A DNA stretch of 63,807 nt, filler included, from Basidiobolus meristosporus CBS 931.73 (lineage: Eukaryota; Fungi; Basidiobolomycota), in the NCBI GenBank assembly GCA_002104905.1. It is 3 parts of 3 records of this genome, joined end to end, with 100 filler letters (N's around TTAATTAATTAA, not from the genome) between each part and the next. Parts side by side here need not be neighbours in the genome. Positions count along the whole stretch, not along the records: positions 1 to 29,352 come from MCFE01000868.1; 2 more parts are not named here. One strand, given 5' to 3'. Each line of letters starts with the position of its first letter. Positions within the stretch are counted from its first letter, which is position 1. Of the stretch, positions 11,944-23,085 are shown piece after piece. The notes below the pieces were generated by a model. That model searched no databases and was not told the DNA's origin. It saw nothing but the letters and a program-made list of their open reading frames with translations. Made by a program: the position numbers and the translations under genes.

Positions 11944-13775
11944 CTTGGGTAGCTTTTTCACAACCACATCGTTAATGATCCATGTTACATATCGACAGGT
12001 GCCAAAGCGTAGCAATGTTTCTAATCATCTTGAAATCCATTAATAAAATCAACTATCCTATATATACATATCTTTAATAGAAACGGGAAACATCTGAAAT
12101 TGAAGAATATCCATAGCCACAAATTCATGGCGATTTGGTTTTCTCGAGAACTCGAATTAGAAAAGATCGCTAGTGGTTATCATTGCATTTCATAATTTGA
12201 GATCATCCATACCTTCCGGCGCTAGATAGAGTACGACTCGCTAACCAGTATTTACAAGTACGTGATGTCAATTTTAGATTGCTTGCAGACTATCATCAGA
12301 CTCGAAATTGTGGAGCCAACGCATGCTATTATCACAGTGGCTGCCATCAAACATGGTGGTGGCCTTAGACACTAAGTACTTTCTCAAACCGTCTAGGTAG
12401 CTGCTTCGTTATCACCAAAATCCAGGTGGCTTTCACTATCTACATTACTGGACACGTGAGGTAGAATAATATAAGATGACCACATTAGGGTCTTGATTGA
12501 ATTCTTGCGCATGTGCCTCAATAGTAGGATTCTTACAAATCAGTACTTGCATCTATCCAATCTTGTGAACTCCTCATCATTTCCGCTTAATGGAAGGTTC
12601 CATGTGTTTGGTGCGCGCGAAATTTAGCCTGTACGAAGCTCTGGCGTGGATCATATGATTGCGATATATTCCTCGGCTTTTTCCAAATATGACGAATGTC
12701 GACTGGTCGCAAGGACGTTCGTTTAGAGGATTCGTGTGAAGAAAGTGGTGGGAACTTCCCTTGGGATAGATTGGATTCCTGCGTATCTCCACATCAGTCA
12801 ACTGGTTTGTGGTAAATGACACTCGACCCGTTGAGGCGAATAGTATATTACGTAACGTTTATTCATACGAGGGCGACGTTTATTACTGCAGGTTGGAATT
12901 CGTAAATAACGCTTTTGTAAATAACATGCCTGAAAATCAACACAGTAATTAATACGAAGTTTCTTTCCGATGCTATATGATAAGTAAAATGTCTAAATCA
13001 AAGGTATTGGTGATTGAATTCAAAGTGAATGTGGAAATAGGAGTCTAAAAGCATTCATACCGTGTAGCCGCCTAATCCCTGGGTATCTCCCAGAATTCTT
13101 CATCGCGGCAAGCGAATTGTGTAAACCCCTTACATACAACATAATAGCTGGGATTGAGATTTTCAAAGTGTATTGAGGATGATCCTTGGCAGATGCAATC
13201 CATTGACTGGTCGTCTATGGAAGATGATACTAGATACTGCTAGCTGGTGTTTTTGTTTTCCGTCATCTGCGTAATAGGCCGAACATATAATCCACAACAC
13301 TCGCTGAACCATTGGAGAAAGCCCTCCACATGCATGCCCACTTGGATAAAGATCATCATTGACGCAGATAATAATAAATCCCAGTGGCTGTGATTACCAA
13401 GGGCAAAACCTATTATCGATCTTTTGTACTTTAGCTGGCATAGTAACAACAGAGTGAGAGCATGGATTGCGACTTTCCGAATATGATTCGGAAGCCAGCT
13501 CCCATTGTAGTCTCCCCCGCTTTTGACTTGTCCCCAGATTCTCAAGTTGTTGATTACGACCAATGCAGTAGCCATAATGATCACTGCTATTGAATTGTTT
13601 ACCAGTCAATATATAGATACTGACCATTATTACTGTGCAGGGTACATCCTCATTCATGTTCGGAATTTATGGATTTCCAGGATGAAATAGAGTTTATATA
13701 GTGTGGGATCGCCGTGTCAGCCAGTTCAGACAACAGAGTCCCCATTTCATTAATCACTTCGATTCTGCCATTAGA

Positions 13776-14781
13776 ATGAGTATGCTTCCAAAGCCAGTCA
13801 CTACCCAGGTCAAGCAGCATCCCAGTCTGCCCGATCTGGTTACCTCGTATTTTGTATCTCCTAAAGGCCTTGCTATTTTTCGTGGATTAGCCTGCTCCTA
13901 CGCAATCATTTCCTTTATATGTAACCTGGTGAATTATCGGAATGCCTTGCTACAGTTTTTCACGCAATTCGCCTGCTTGGCCTATGTAGGGTTGATTGGA
14001 TATTTGATGGTAAATTTGCTCCCTCCTTTTGCTGTGATCCCTTGCTACGAATGCATCTGACCACCATGCTTATTGCCACAGATTTCTCTCCGGCTGTCGT
14101 ATCTATATCTCCGAAACCCTAATGATGAGCTCCAAAGTTCTATTATGAGAAACCGTTCTGGTGTTCGCTTTGCTTACTCCCTACTATATGCTACCACTCA
14201 AGTCTTTCATACGGTCATCCCTATCATATATTGGACAGTGATCATGCGTGTTGGGTTTGAGCACAGAGGTGGCTATCAATTCTGGTTGAGCTTATCGCTC
14301 CATGGGGGAAATTTTGTCATCACTCTGATCGAAATGTGCCTGAATAAGGTGCAGGTAAGCTGGACCCAGCTCCCTTTCCTACTCCTTGTTGTGATAATGT
14401 ATTTTGGGCTGTCCTGGATCTACTACACATTGTAAGTACAGGTGCTGTAATTCTGCTACCCCTCACATACTCACTATTATTCTCTATAGCACTGGGCATT
14501 CGTTGTATGCCACGACCAGTGAGCCCAATGTCTACAGCGCTCTTATCATGCGATACGCTCTGGTACTTGGGATCTTTGTTGTGGTATTCGTTGTTATATA
14601 TGGCCTTCATAAGGTGCGGACTAGCCTGGGTAAAAATTTGGAAGAGAGCGATGTGCAGACTGAGGTGATTATCGTGGAAGACTTTCCTACAGAGCCCAAA
14701 CCAGCCTCGCTCAGCAATCGATCAGTCTTTCCACCAGCTAGTCAGGCACAAGCATTCAGCCATATCTTGACCTTTTTTTAA
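13776..14781 (+). CDS. Multi-pass membrane protein, FAR-17a/AIG1/rolling-stone-like, 3 exons
   Basis: Exons 13776-14009, 14082-14431 and 14490-14781 with GT-AG introns of 72 and 58 bp. About 6 TM helices, with Thr (FFTQF) and His (LSLHGGN) at positions typical of that family. Family call is from motif memory. Confidence 0.65.
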
Positions 14782-15419
14782 TTTAACGACCCTACTCAGG
14801 AATCATACATAGTGCACGGGCATTCCCGCTTTGCAGTTGATTATTGAATCAAGGGCATTCCATTATACTCGAACTGGTCCAACAATGACCTCGGTTCATT
14901 CTCAGAAATGTTTTTATTATGAGGATTCTTTTATTATTCATTTATTTCTATATCCATACACCACATCAACAGCATAGACATGACACTTATCAATTATTAA
15001 ACTCATCTACAAAGCACCTGTATCGAGGCCTGAAACCTGATTCTAAAATGCTCTGTGTGCTGCGCCCAGCAACCTGCTAGCCCAGGCGGACGCAAAGCAT
15101 GTCATCTTCAGCCGCAAGGTATGGAGCGTCTGTGCTGACACCAGTCGGACTACCTCCCCAGCTGTGATTCTCTACGGCTGGGCCAAAACAAGGAGACAGT
15201 AAGCATTGGATAGTGCCATCTCATACACTCATCAAACCTTTAGCAGAGACAATAACATGTACGCACACCATCTCCATTAATTATTTTAGTGTACCAACAG
15301 GACTATTCTTCCACTGATTATTTCTTTTTGCCTACGCTGGCCAATCATCAAATGGCCCCATAACCAGGCAGAATTTTAAGTGTAAATCTTTGTGAGCGTA
15401 CAAGCTGCACACTCCCAAC

Positions 15420-16473
15420 ATGCTTCAAGCCATTTTTAAGACGCGTATGTATAGTAGAGAACCACACTACTTGATTACCCTCCAACGTTTCCATATTAAC
15501 GTAAAAGGATTTCTCCCATCTTATCTATCTAGGGCCAATCCTCCTACGCGTCAACCTCACCTTTATCAAGACCCCATTCACTGCATCTCGCCAGCTTAGC
15601 GAAAAGATCTCCTGTCCGGACCCCGACGAATTTGTCAAAAGAAATTCTTGGAGAAAGAAGGCACTTAAAACCCAGCCAAAGGGAAAACGCATTCTTCGAA
15701 AATGGACCGAGGAAGACCGTGAAAACCTGCTCTATGCCGTCAACAAGTATGGAAAACGTTGGAGCTTTATAGCCGGCACATTTTTCTCGGACAGAAGCCC
15801 GAATTCGTGCTACCAGATGTATCTGAACTTGAAAAGCTCTTACAAGAAGGGACCTTGGACCGATGAGGAAGACGAAAGCTTGAAAACTCTATCGTCGATG
15901 GAACAATATACCGGCCAGTGGAAAATCATTTCCGAGGCATTAAATCGCTCTCCTGCAAGCTGCTATCATCGGTGGCATACCCGGTTCAAACCGGACATCA
16001 AGACCGGTCGCTGGACGGAAGAGGAGGATATGGCTCTTTTGGAAGGTGTGAAAAAGTACGGACGGGATTGGGAGAAGATTGTGAAGGATATCCCAGGAAG
16101 ATCAGGCAGACATGCATTACTTCGATACGACAAATTTATTTGCCCGAACACAAACCGCGGTAAATGGACTCCGGAAGAAGATCAACTGATTCTACAAGAG
16201 TTTGAAAAGCACGGCAGAAGTTGGACCAAGATTGCTGAATCAATCCCCAATAGAACGCCTTTTCAGGTTCAAGCAAGATACGACACCAATGTAAATCCAA
16301 AGATCAAAAAAGGCCGTTGGACACCAGAGGAAAGCGACCGTTTGCTTGAATTAGTTGCAAAGTATGGCCATGACTGGACACGTGTGTCACAAGAACTTGC
16401 TACCAAGAGCAACATGCAAGCCCTTCTTCGCTACAACTATCTACGCAGCAAACAGAAAAAGGAAGCCAATTAG
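15420..16473 (+). CDS. Five-repeat Myb protein with a presequence-like N-terminus, 2 exons
   Basis: Exon 15420-15444, intron 15445-15532 (GTATGT...TAG), exon 15533-16473. Five W-T-x-E-E-D...W...(W/Y) Myb repeats. The ORF track starts only at repeat 2. Confidence 0.88.
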
Positions 16474-17043
16474 AATAGGCTTTTATCAGAAAACGGTCCT
16501 CACTGGTTATACTAACCTCTTGCATATTCGATAAATCTGACGATACACCATTTCTTTAGAATAAATGTTTATACAATGGTACTATTTTGGCGTGGACTAG
16601 AGCTGATCTAAAACGTTTACCATTAAGAACACCGTCGTGGCCACTTGCTTTATTCTAATTAAGAGCCTATCGTACCAGCTCGAAAACCTTCCATCCAAGA
16701 AAAGCTATGGATTTGCCTGCTCCATTACCAATTTACCTCAGTGCAACCACTAATTCGAGCACCGTCTATCACTATCCAATAAAATTGTTCATGACACTCT
16801 GTCTTCAAATGAATCCAACACTGAAACGATACAACCAACCTCATCAACTGCAATGGATATGGAAAGATTGTTTATTAATCTTAGCCTCATACTAGCAAAA
16901 CTAAGATCAGAGGCATATGACCAAGAGCTGAGGTAATGTATGTGACAAAGTGCAATACAGATGGAATGATTTTAAAAGAAATTGGCCCTCACCAGCATGC
17001 AATATGCTCTATATATTCGTCTAGAGGTGCACCTCCCTGGCAT

Positions 17044-17406
17044 TTAGAAGTCGTTTTGCTCACGATTGAAACGAGGACGGTCGTTAAAGGTACGAGGAGC
17101 TCTGGGGCGACTTTGAGCTTCGCTGACACGAAGATCGCGTCCATTGAAGCTATGGCCGTTGAGGGACTCAATAGCCTTGGGTGCGGCATCCTCATCGATT
17201 TCGACGAAACCGAAGCCCTTCATACGACCAGAATCGTCAAGAGGAAGGCGAACATTCTCAACTGGACCGTATTGTCCAAACAGATCTTGGAGTTCTTGTT
17301 GACTAGTACCCCAGGGGATGTTACCGACGAAGCAGGTCTTGGTTCCGTAAGCACGAGCCAAGTTTAATGGAAGTGCGTTTCTGGTAAGTCGGGCGAGGGC
17401 GTTCAT
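17044..17406 (-). CDS. Single-RRM RNA-binding protein with a mitochondrial-presequence-like N-terminus
   Basis: RNP2 CFVGNI and RNP1 KGFGFVEI. N-terminus MNALARLTRNALPLNLARAY has no acidic residues and an R-x-Y cleavage-type motif. Basic R/F-rich tail. Confidence 0.9.
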   Translation of the reverse strand: MNALARLTRNALPLNLARAYGTKTCFVGNIPWGTSQQELQDLFGQYGPVENVRLPLDDSGRMKGFGFVEIDEDAAPKAIESLNGHSFNGRDLRVSEAQSRPRAPRTFNDRPRFNREQNDF

Positions 17407-18132
17407 GTTAGGACTGGTGAAACAAAGCGATTACTGCTAGCAGGAACCAAAAGCTTTGTATTTGAATAAACAGCAGTCAGGTGATTATGTGTTGCTACGG
17501 GGGGTCAACAAAATTTTCAAGAGAGCCTATATCCTTATTATTGGATGCATGAATTCAGTTTAGCCTAATAACCAATGATTACCAGTCACTTTAAGTCTAG
17601 GCAAACTTCTATGTATTAATTAAGATGTATTATCCTGCACAGGAGAATTTTGCTTGTTTGTTCGGTAAAAGATGGCGAGAATCATATTCGGTTGACTAGT
17701 TGACACACAAGCTTGGACGATATGCATATTTTCCAGGAGTCGATCACCACAGATGGTTTATACATGAGTATCATCCGTTAACCATCCTTGAATAACATTT
17801 CACCTAGTATTTTGTGTATTTAAGCACACACTACAGCATTGGTAGAGTACGAAAATCAATTGCTGTGGGTGTGAAATTCCGTGGGGAACCACCTTGATTT
17901 TATATTTTTTGAGTATTTGATCTAAACAAATCTCAATCAGTTTGGGGAAAAGGGGAGAGTTGGCTGTTATTTTTTGGTGAGTTCGCGGGGTTGAATCCGC
18001 CTTTTAGTCACGTGGAGGGCCGGTAATCTCAAGTAACAGCTTTGGACTGGCAGCGAACGTCTATTTGGCTGTTTACGAATTCCCCTTCTCATACATTCAC
18101 CTCTCGTGCTCACAACAATTTCACCGTGAATC

Positions 18133-18607
18133 ATGTCTACATATAACCAAGAGCTTCCACCTCAAGGTGGATACCCCGCTATTAGATATAAGCGCCATCT
18201 CCCCAAGAAAGGTCCCTCAGGCTTGGTGCTTTTCACCGGCTTGGCTGCCATCACCGGTATCAGTTTCTATCAAGTTTTCGAGGGGATTAAGGAAAGAAGG
18301 TAAGCGCATAGCAGCCTTTCGGCTATTCTTGTTTTTTCCAGCTACCACAACACAGATGATTTCTTTTTTTCTCTGAGATATTCAATTTTTTTATCCGGTT
18401 TTTAGGGAGCTTAAACGCGAGAAAATCTGGGCTCGTTTACACTTGCTCCCAATGCTCCAAGCTGAGTATGATCGTGATGCTTACCGTCGTCAGTATGCTG
18501 CTTTCGTGCGTGAAGCCGAGATAATGAAGGACGTTCCTGGCTGGGAAGTCGGAAAATCAGTCTACAATACAAAGCGTTATATCGCCCCCAACATTATCAT
18601 CGCCTAG
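18133..18607 (+). CDS. NDUFA13: NADH:ubiquinone oxidoreductase subunit NDUFA13/GRIM-19 (B16.6), 2 exons
   Basis: Exons 18133-18299 and 18406-18607 give QELPPQGGYPAIRYKRHLPKKGPSG...RRELKREKIWARLHLLPMLQAE...MKDVPGWEVGKSVY. Not in the ORF track. Confidence 0.95.
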
Positions 18608-18910
18608 ATACTGGTCATCATTTACAATTGCGTAAAAAAACTATTTTGCTATCTCCTTGTCTGCTTGCTATTCATGAAGTTTCAATTTGCCGAATAAATC
18701 GAGAAATGTCAGGGACACCACTACATTGACCTCATAACTCAAAGCCCACCTGTGGCTTCCAAAAATAAACCGTTTCAACTCATTCGGCCCCCAAAGCACT
18801 GGTAGTCTATTCAATGGTGCCAACTACTTACTAATACAATAGCTCTTGGGGTGCAAATTCCATGTGCGATTCCCCAAGGCGATTTATTTATTCTATATTC
18901 ATGAAGACCT

Positions 18911-20927
18911 TCAAAGCTCGACATTGAAAGATATGGGATGGCACTCAAGAGTGTTGAGGTTAACAAGGACAATAGTGCTTGTTTCCGAGAACTTGGGAAC
19001 CAAAACAACTCGTATCTGCTGTCCATCGGGCCCTGAAATCAAAGGTTAATCGAAAGGCTCATTTCAGTGAATACAGTCTCGCAGTGGCATAGTACCTTCG
19101 ACTAGCTGATTCGAGAACTCTGGCTGGTTTCCAATAATATAAACGTGAGGACATTCTTTCATAATGAACGGATCATTGTCTTGGAAGGGGTAGCACCCTA
19201 CGAAATAGAAATAGCGTATGAAGGCTGTTACTATCTGTTTGTGAACTTCAGCATATACATTGTCCTACATAAAGTATCGGGTGCTGTTGGTGCAATATGT
19301 CTCCATAACAAGGTCTTAATTGCCATATCTATCCTCTCATCATCCAAAGTGTATTTCATGATATCGTCCAAGGTTTGTCCCGATGTCGCTAGAAATCTGC
19401 GGTGTAATAGTGTTAGCATCGGTACCTTTAAGGTGTGTATGAGAGGATGCTTACGTAGTTCCGTCCAGCTTGAACCAGTGCGGGTTGGTCACGTTATTGA
19501 AAGACGACATGCGCTGAGCTTTTGGGAAGAGCGATGGTAGTATAGGTTGTTGAGGAAGGGATGTATTGGTTGGATCGTTTTCCCCAGACATGAGATCAAT
19601 ATCTACAGACTGACAAATATCATGAAGAAATTCATCCAAATCACTGATGGGTTTATCATCGTACGTGATCTGCTCATGGCCAAAACGTTTCTAAAAAGTG
19701 CAAGCTGAGTTATCACGAGAAACAGAAGATATGATATTTGGACTCATACTGGTTTTTTCTCATTTTCAGTGGAATGAATCTTTGAAAGGACATTTCCAGC
19801 AAATACTACTCGAACAATATTCGAGCTGAATGATTGCTCGTCAAATCCCCCAAGCTCTCCCGACAAATACTCTTGAAGCATCTCAAGACCAAGCGGTGGT
19901 ATCTTGTTGTCTCCAATATCCAAGCCGGATACCAATGCAACATATTTCGATTCTTATCAGTGGCATACTCTGCGTTAGGAATGAATCGCTGTTTTGCATT
20001 TTCTTTGTACTGCATACCTGTGTTGGTAGATTGCATTCTTGGCTCCTGGGGTAACATATTTGGATAGCAGATATCCACGATATCCAATTCACCTGATGTT
20101 CTCTCAATTCCAAGAACCCCAACAACAGTACCTATTTCGAATCGGACCTTAGTTTAACTCAAGCATCATATTTCTGGATTTGTACATTAACGGTTACCAG
20201 TGACAAGTTTCTCTGATCTTAGAATGTTACCATTCAGGTTGATACGTCCACTCTCGTCTTCCAAAACAATACTATCGTTACCCCCGATGTATTTCTCTCT
20301 TGGTGGAGGGGCAACTACCCAATGCTATAATTGTTGAACATGAGCGCCTAAGGATATGTTTTCATGTAGTATTCTCAAACCTCTTTGGTAACATCGTCAA
20401 GGATATTAGGCTTGTACTCCATCTCCACGTATATAGTCCCTATCACGTAGCACAATTCACCCTCCTTGATATCAAGAACTTTAGAAATATATCTAGGCTT
20501 CTTCCCTATATCAGAATTTAATAACAATCATTAGATGAAGAACAAACAGCAATCTCCTCCGAAAGAAAATTTGAACCAACCATCAAGACGATCCCAGCGT
20601 ACTTTTGCTGCTTCAAGAATGGGTTTTCTGAGAGTCTGAAGGCGAGTGTAATAGATGCTAGCATATTGTTGATTGTTGTATGCGCGCTTCTTTAGAAGAT
20701 AAGGATCGTTCAATTCAACTTTGCTGGTGTAAGTAGCATCTTGACGATTGAAAGGGGTGAATGAAGCTTCGGGATCTTTCTTTGATAAGAGTGTTTCTGC
20801 CGAATTACTAAAGTCGATATTGAAGAATCTAACGGATAAGTGCTTGGTACTAATCAAAACTGTTACGATATTGGCTTCACCTCTCCATTGTAGGGAAGGT
20901 ACTTGATGTTTCATACTCTCGGCTCAT
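18911..20927 (-). CDS. POL31: DNA polymerase delta small subunit (POL31/POLD2), multi-exon
   Basis: QQYASIYYTRL, GTIYVEMEYKPNILDD, LEDESGRI, RVVFAGN, GENDPTNTSLPQQP, SGQTLDD, RHIAPTAPDTL and VPKFSETSTIVLVN occur in order across exons. Stop TGA at 18913-18911. The first exon is inferred. Confidence 0.93.
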
Positions 20928-21242
20928 TATGTTTGTAAATCTATTTTGCAAAAGGTGGGTCTCTCACCAAGTTATAGCAACCGCAATATTCAAGGATTCA
21001 TTCAGTAAACTCTTGTTTGTTTATATGTTTTGATATCCACTCAATGCAAGATATACTAAGGATCAGGATTATCTGTGGTTCGCCAAATTCAGCTTTCAAG
21101 ATGTTTGCATTAAAGCAGAATTAAACGATTAGGTTTACTCGGTTGAACAAAAATCACATGATCCCAAGGATTAAATACTAAAATATCTATCGAGCGAGAA
21201 CACTACTACTAATCCAAACATAGCTGGTAAATAAGCAAGACA

Positions 21243-21501
21243 ATGGACGCACTTTCTGTAAACTCGACAAAAGCAGCAGCTCCCTGCGATTACAGTGAGC
21301 TTCAAGAATGTTTGGCAAAGAACAAAGGCGATCGTAGTAAGTGCTTAAAGGAATGGGAAGCCTTCCAAAAAGCCTGTGCTGAAAAAAAGTAAGCTATTCT
21401 TCCAACACAGCAATTTAACGACCAATTTTCTAATATCCCTCAAAAAAAGGAAGCAAATGAACCCTAGCAGCGAGACCTGCGAAGCTTGCCAAGCCCCCTA
21501 G
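21243..21501 (+). CDS. Small cysteine-rich CHCH-like protein (65 aa), 2 exons
   Basis: Exons 21243-21388 and 21450-21501 (intron GTAAGC...CTAAT...AAG) give MDALSVNSTKAAAPCDYSELQECLAKNKGDRSKCLKEWEAFQKACAEKKKQMNPSSETCEACQAP. Confidence 0.75.
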
Positions 21502-21561
21502 AGTAGTCGGAAGAATATCTCTTGCCACCATTTCGATCACCTTACTCATAAAATTCCCTGT

Positions 21562-22543
21562 CTACTTTACTAATGCTGTGGATAAAGTATTTTCAACATC
21601 ATGTTGTTTCAATTTGCACCTGAAGTAAATAGGTAAGTCAACCTGTGGAAGAATACCTAGGCTGGAATGTACCATATCACCAACATGAAGAGAACCGGCA
21701 ATATAGCTCCTGCAGAGGCAGTTTGCGAAAGAAACAAAAATTTTATTCCGGGCATCAGACACTTGATTTAAGACTTGAAATAAGGAATCTGTAACTACTA
21801 GGTGATAAACTCGATTGAGAGTACGTGATCGGGTATTAATCCAGCATAGTTTTCCATTATGTTCACCAACATTGAAACAGTGATTAAAATACCCTTGCAT
21901 AAACCAGTTGGCTGAATGCCCAAATCCAGTATGTGCACTCAGAAGTTCACACGTCAAAGAGAGCCTGCTCACTCAGAATGGCATATCTTGATCACTTTTG
22001 TAACTGACCCACCTGCTCCGCAAACAAATGATCAGATACATTGTCAGGTGCTTCGGCAAGACCTACAGTATTCTGTTCGCATGAAAATTCTTCAATACTC
22101 GATCAGGTGTCGGAAATTTCACATCTCTGGTTTTCGTCCAATTCTGTTGTTTCTCCGTCTGCCTGGTGACACGTTTAGCTCGAATTACTGGTGTTTGCGA
22201 TATGGGTCTGCCCATGAAATCCACCGGATGTAAGACTCTGATTAAGCTGTAGGTTTACCTCGACTTGGCACGTTGAACAGCTGTATTTAGCAATATCTAA
22301 TCTAGAGCGGCGATGGTACATGAGTATAACCGTCTCGGGGTCGCCCAGCGAATAATTCATCATCAGCAGACAGCACTGATCCGAATTTATCTGCACACTT
22401 GCATGAAATACTGTCAGCCTGAAAGTCCACCTCCACTGCCCTGAATAAATGAATGAGTGTGATTCATGGGCAGAAAATATGCTAAACATTTGCCCAGGAA
22501 AGAAGAGTAGGAATTCCCCGTTTATACAGGTGATTCGTCTCAT
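21562..22543 (-). CDS. Unresolved, probably multi-exon gene or pseudogene of unknown family
   Basis: Several protein-like open segments (136-codon ORF 21972-21562; AVEVDFQADSISCKCADKFG...) with splice-like signals, but I could not build a consistent exon chain. Confidence 0.3.
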
Positions 22544-23085
22544 CCTTGGATCCTATATTACATCGTTATTCAGAAAATGGATACGCCACACCATCATTAT
22601 TCCCATTTCTTCTGCTATAGTGATCCTAGTACATACATTCAAAAGCCATCTGAATTGATTCGTCTGAGGGATTCAGCATTATATGGCTCCAGGAATCGCA
22701 GTAAAATAGTAGTCAAATCCAATGCCGATATATTTTTCTATCCAACTAGTGTCGTTTAAGGGCTAGTAGGGTAGTATAATTATTCCTGGTACAACCACTT
22801 ATACTTGCTGGTGAAACTCGAGTAAATTCGGTCAAATGATTTTTGATTAGATTACTCAGCCCAGTAGAAGATATCCTTGAGGCTCTACTGGAAAGGGTGG
22901 CCTTTTTTCTTTACACTCATGCCCCAGTACAGTTGACGTATACTGGTTTGTGACACAGTAAAGCTAGATCTCATATCGGCTGCCTTTGGCCTTATAAAAA
23001 GGTAAGAATGGCCTTACTGAGCGACAATTATTCCACTGTTGTTTACTAACAATTAGGAGTAGTACCATCCGAGATCTTATTGACA

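Noticed and set aside
12577-13657. Minus-strand ORFs 12577-12822, 13240-13584 and 13394-13657
   Set aside because: No consistent splice model or recognisable motif. It could be a decayed gene but is unsupported.
17975-18005. gggttgaatccgcc resembling a tRNA T-loop/B-box
   Set aside because: No acceptor stem, D-arm or anticodon arm could be folded around it.
22540-22660. In-frame TGA created at a possible splice junction (selenocysteine idea)
   Set aside because: No CxxU or selenoprotein-like context and no SECIS seen; the exon model itself is doubtful.
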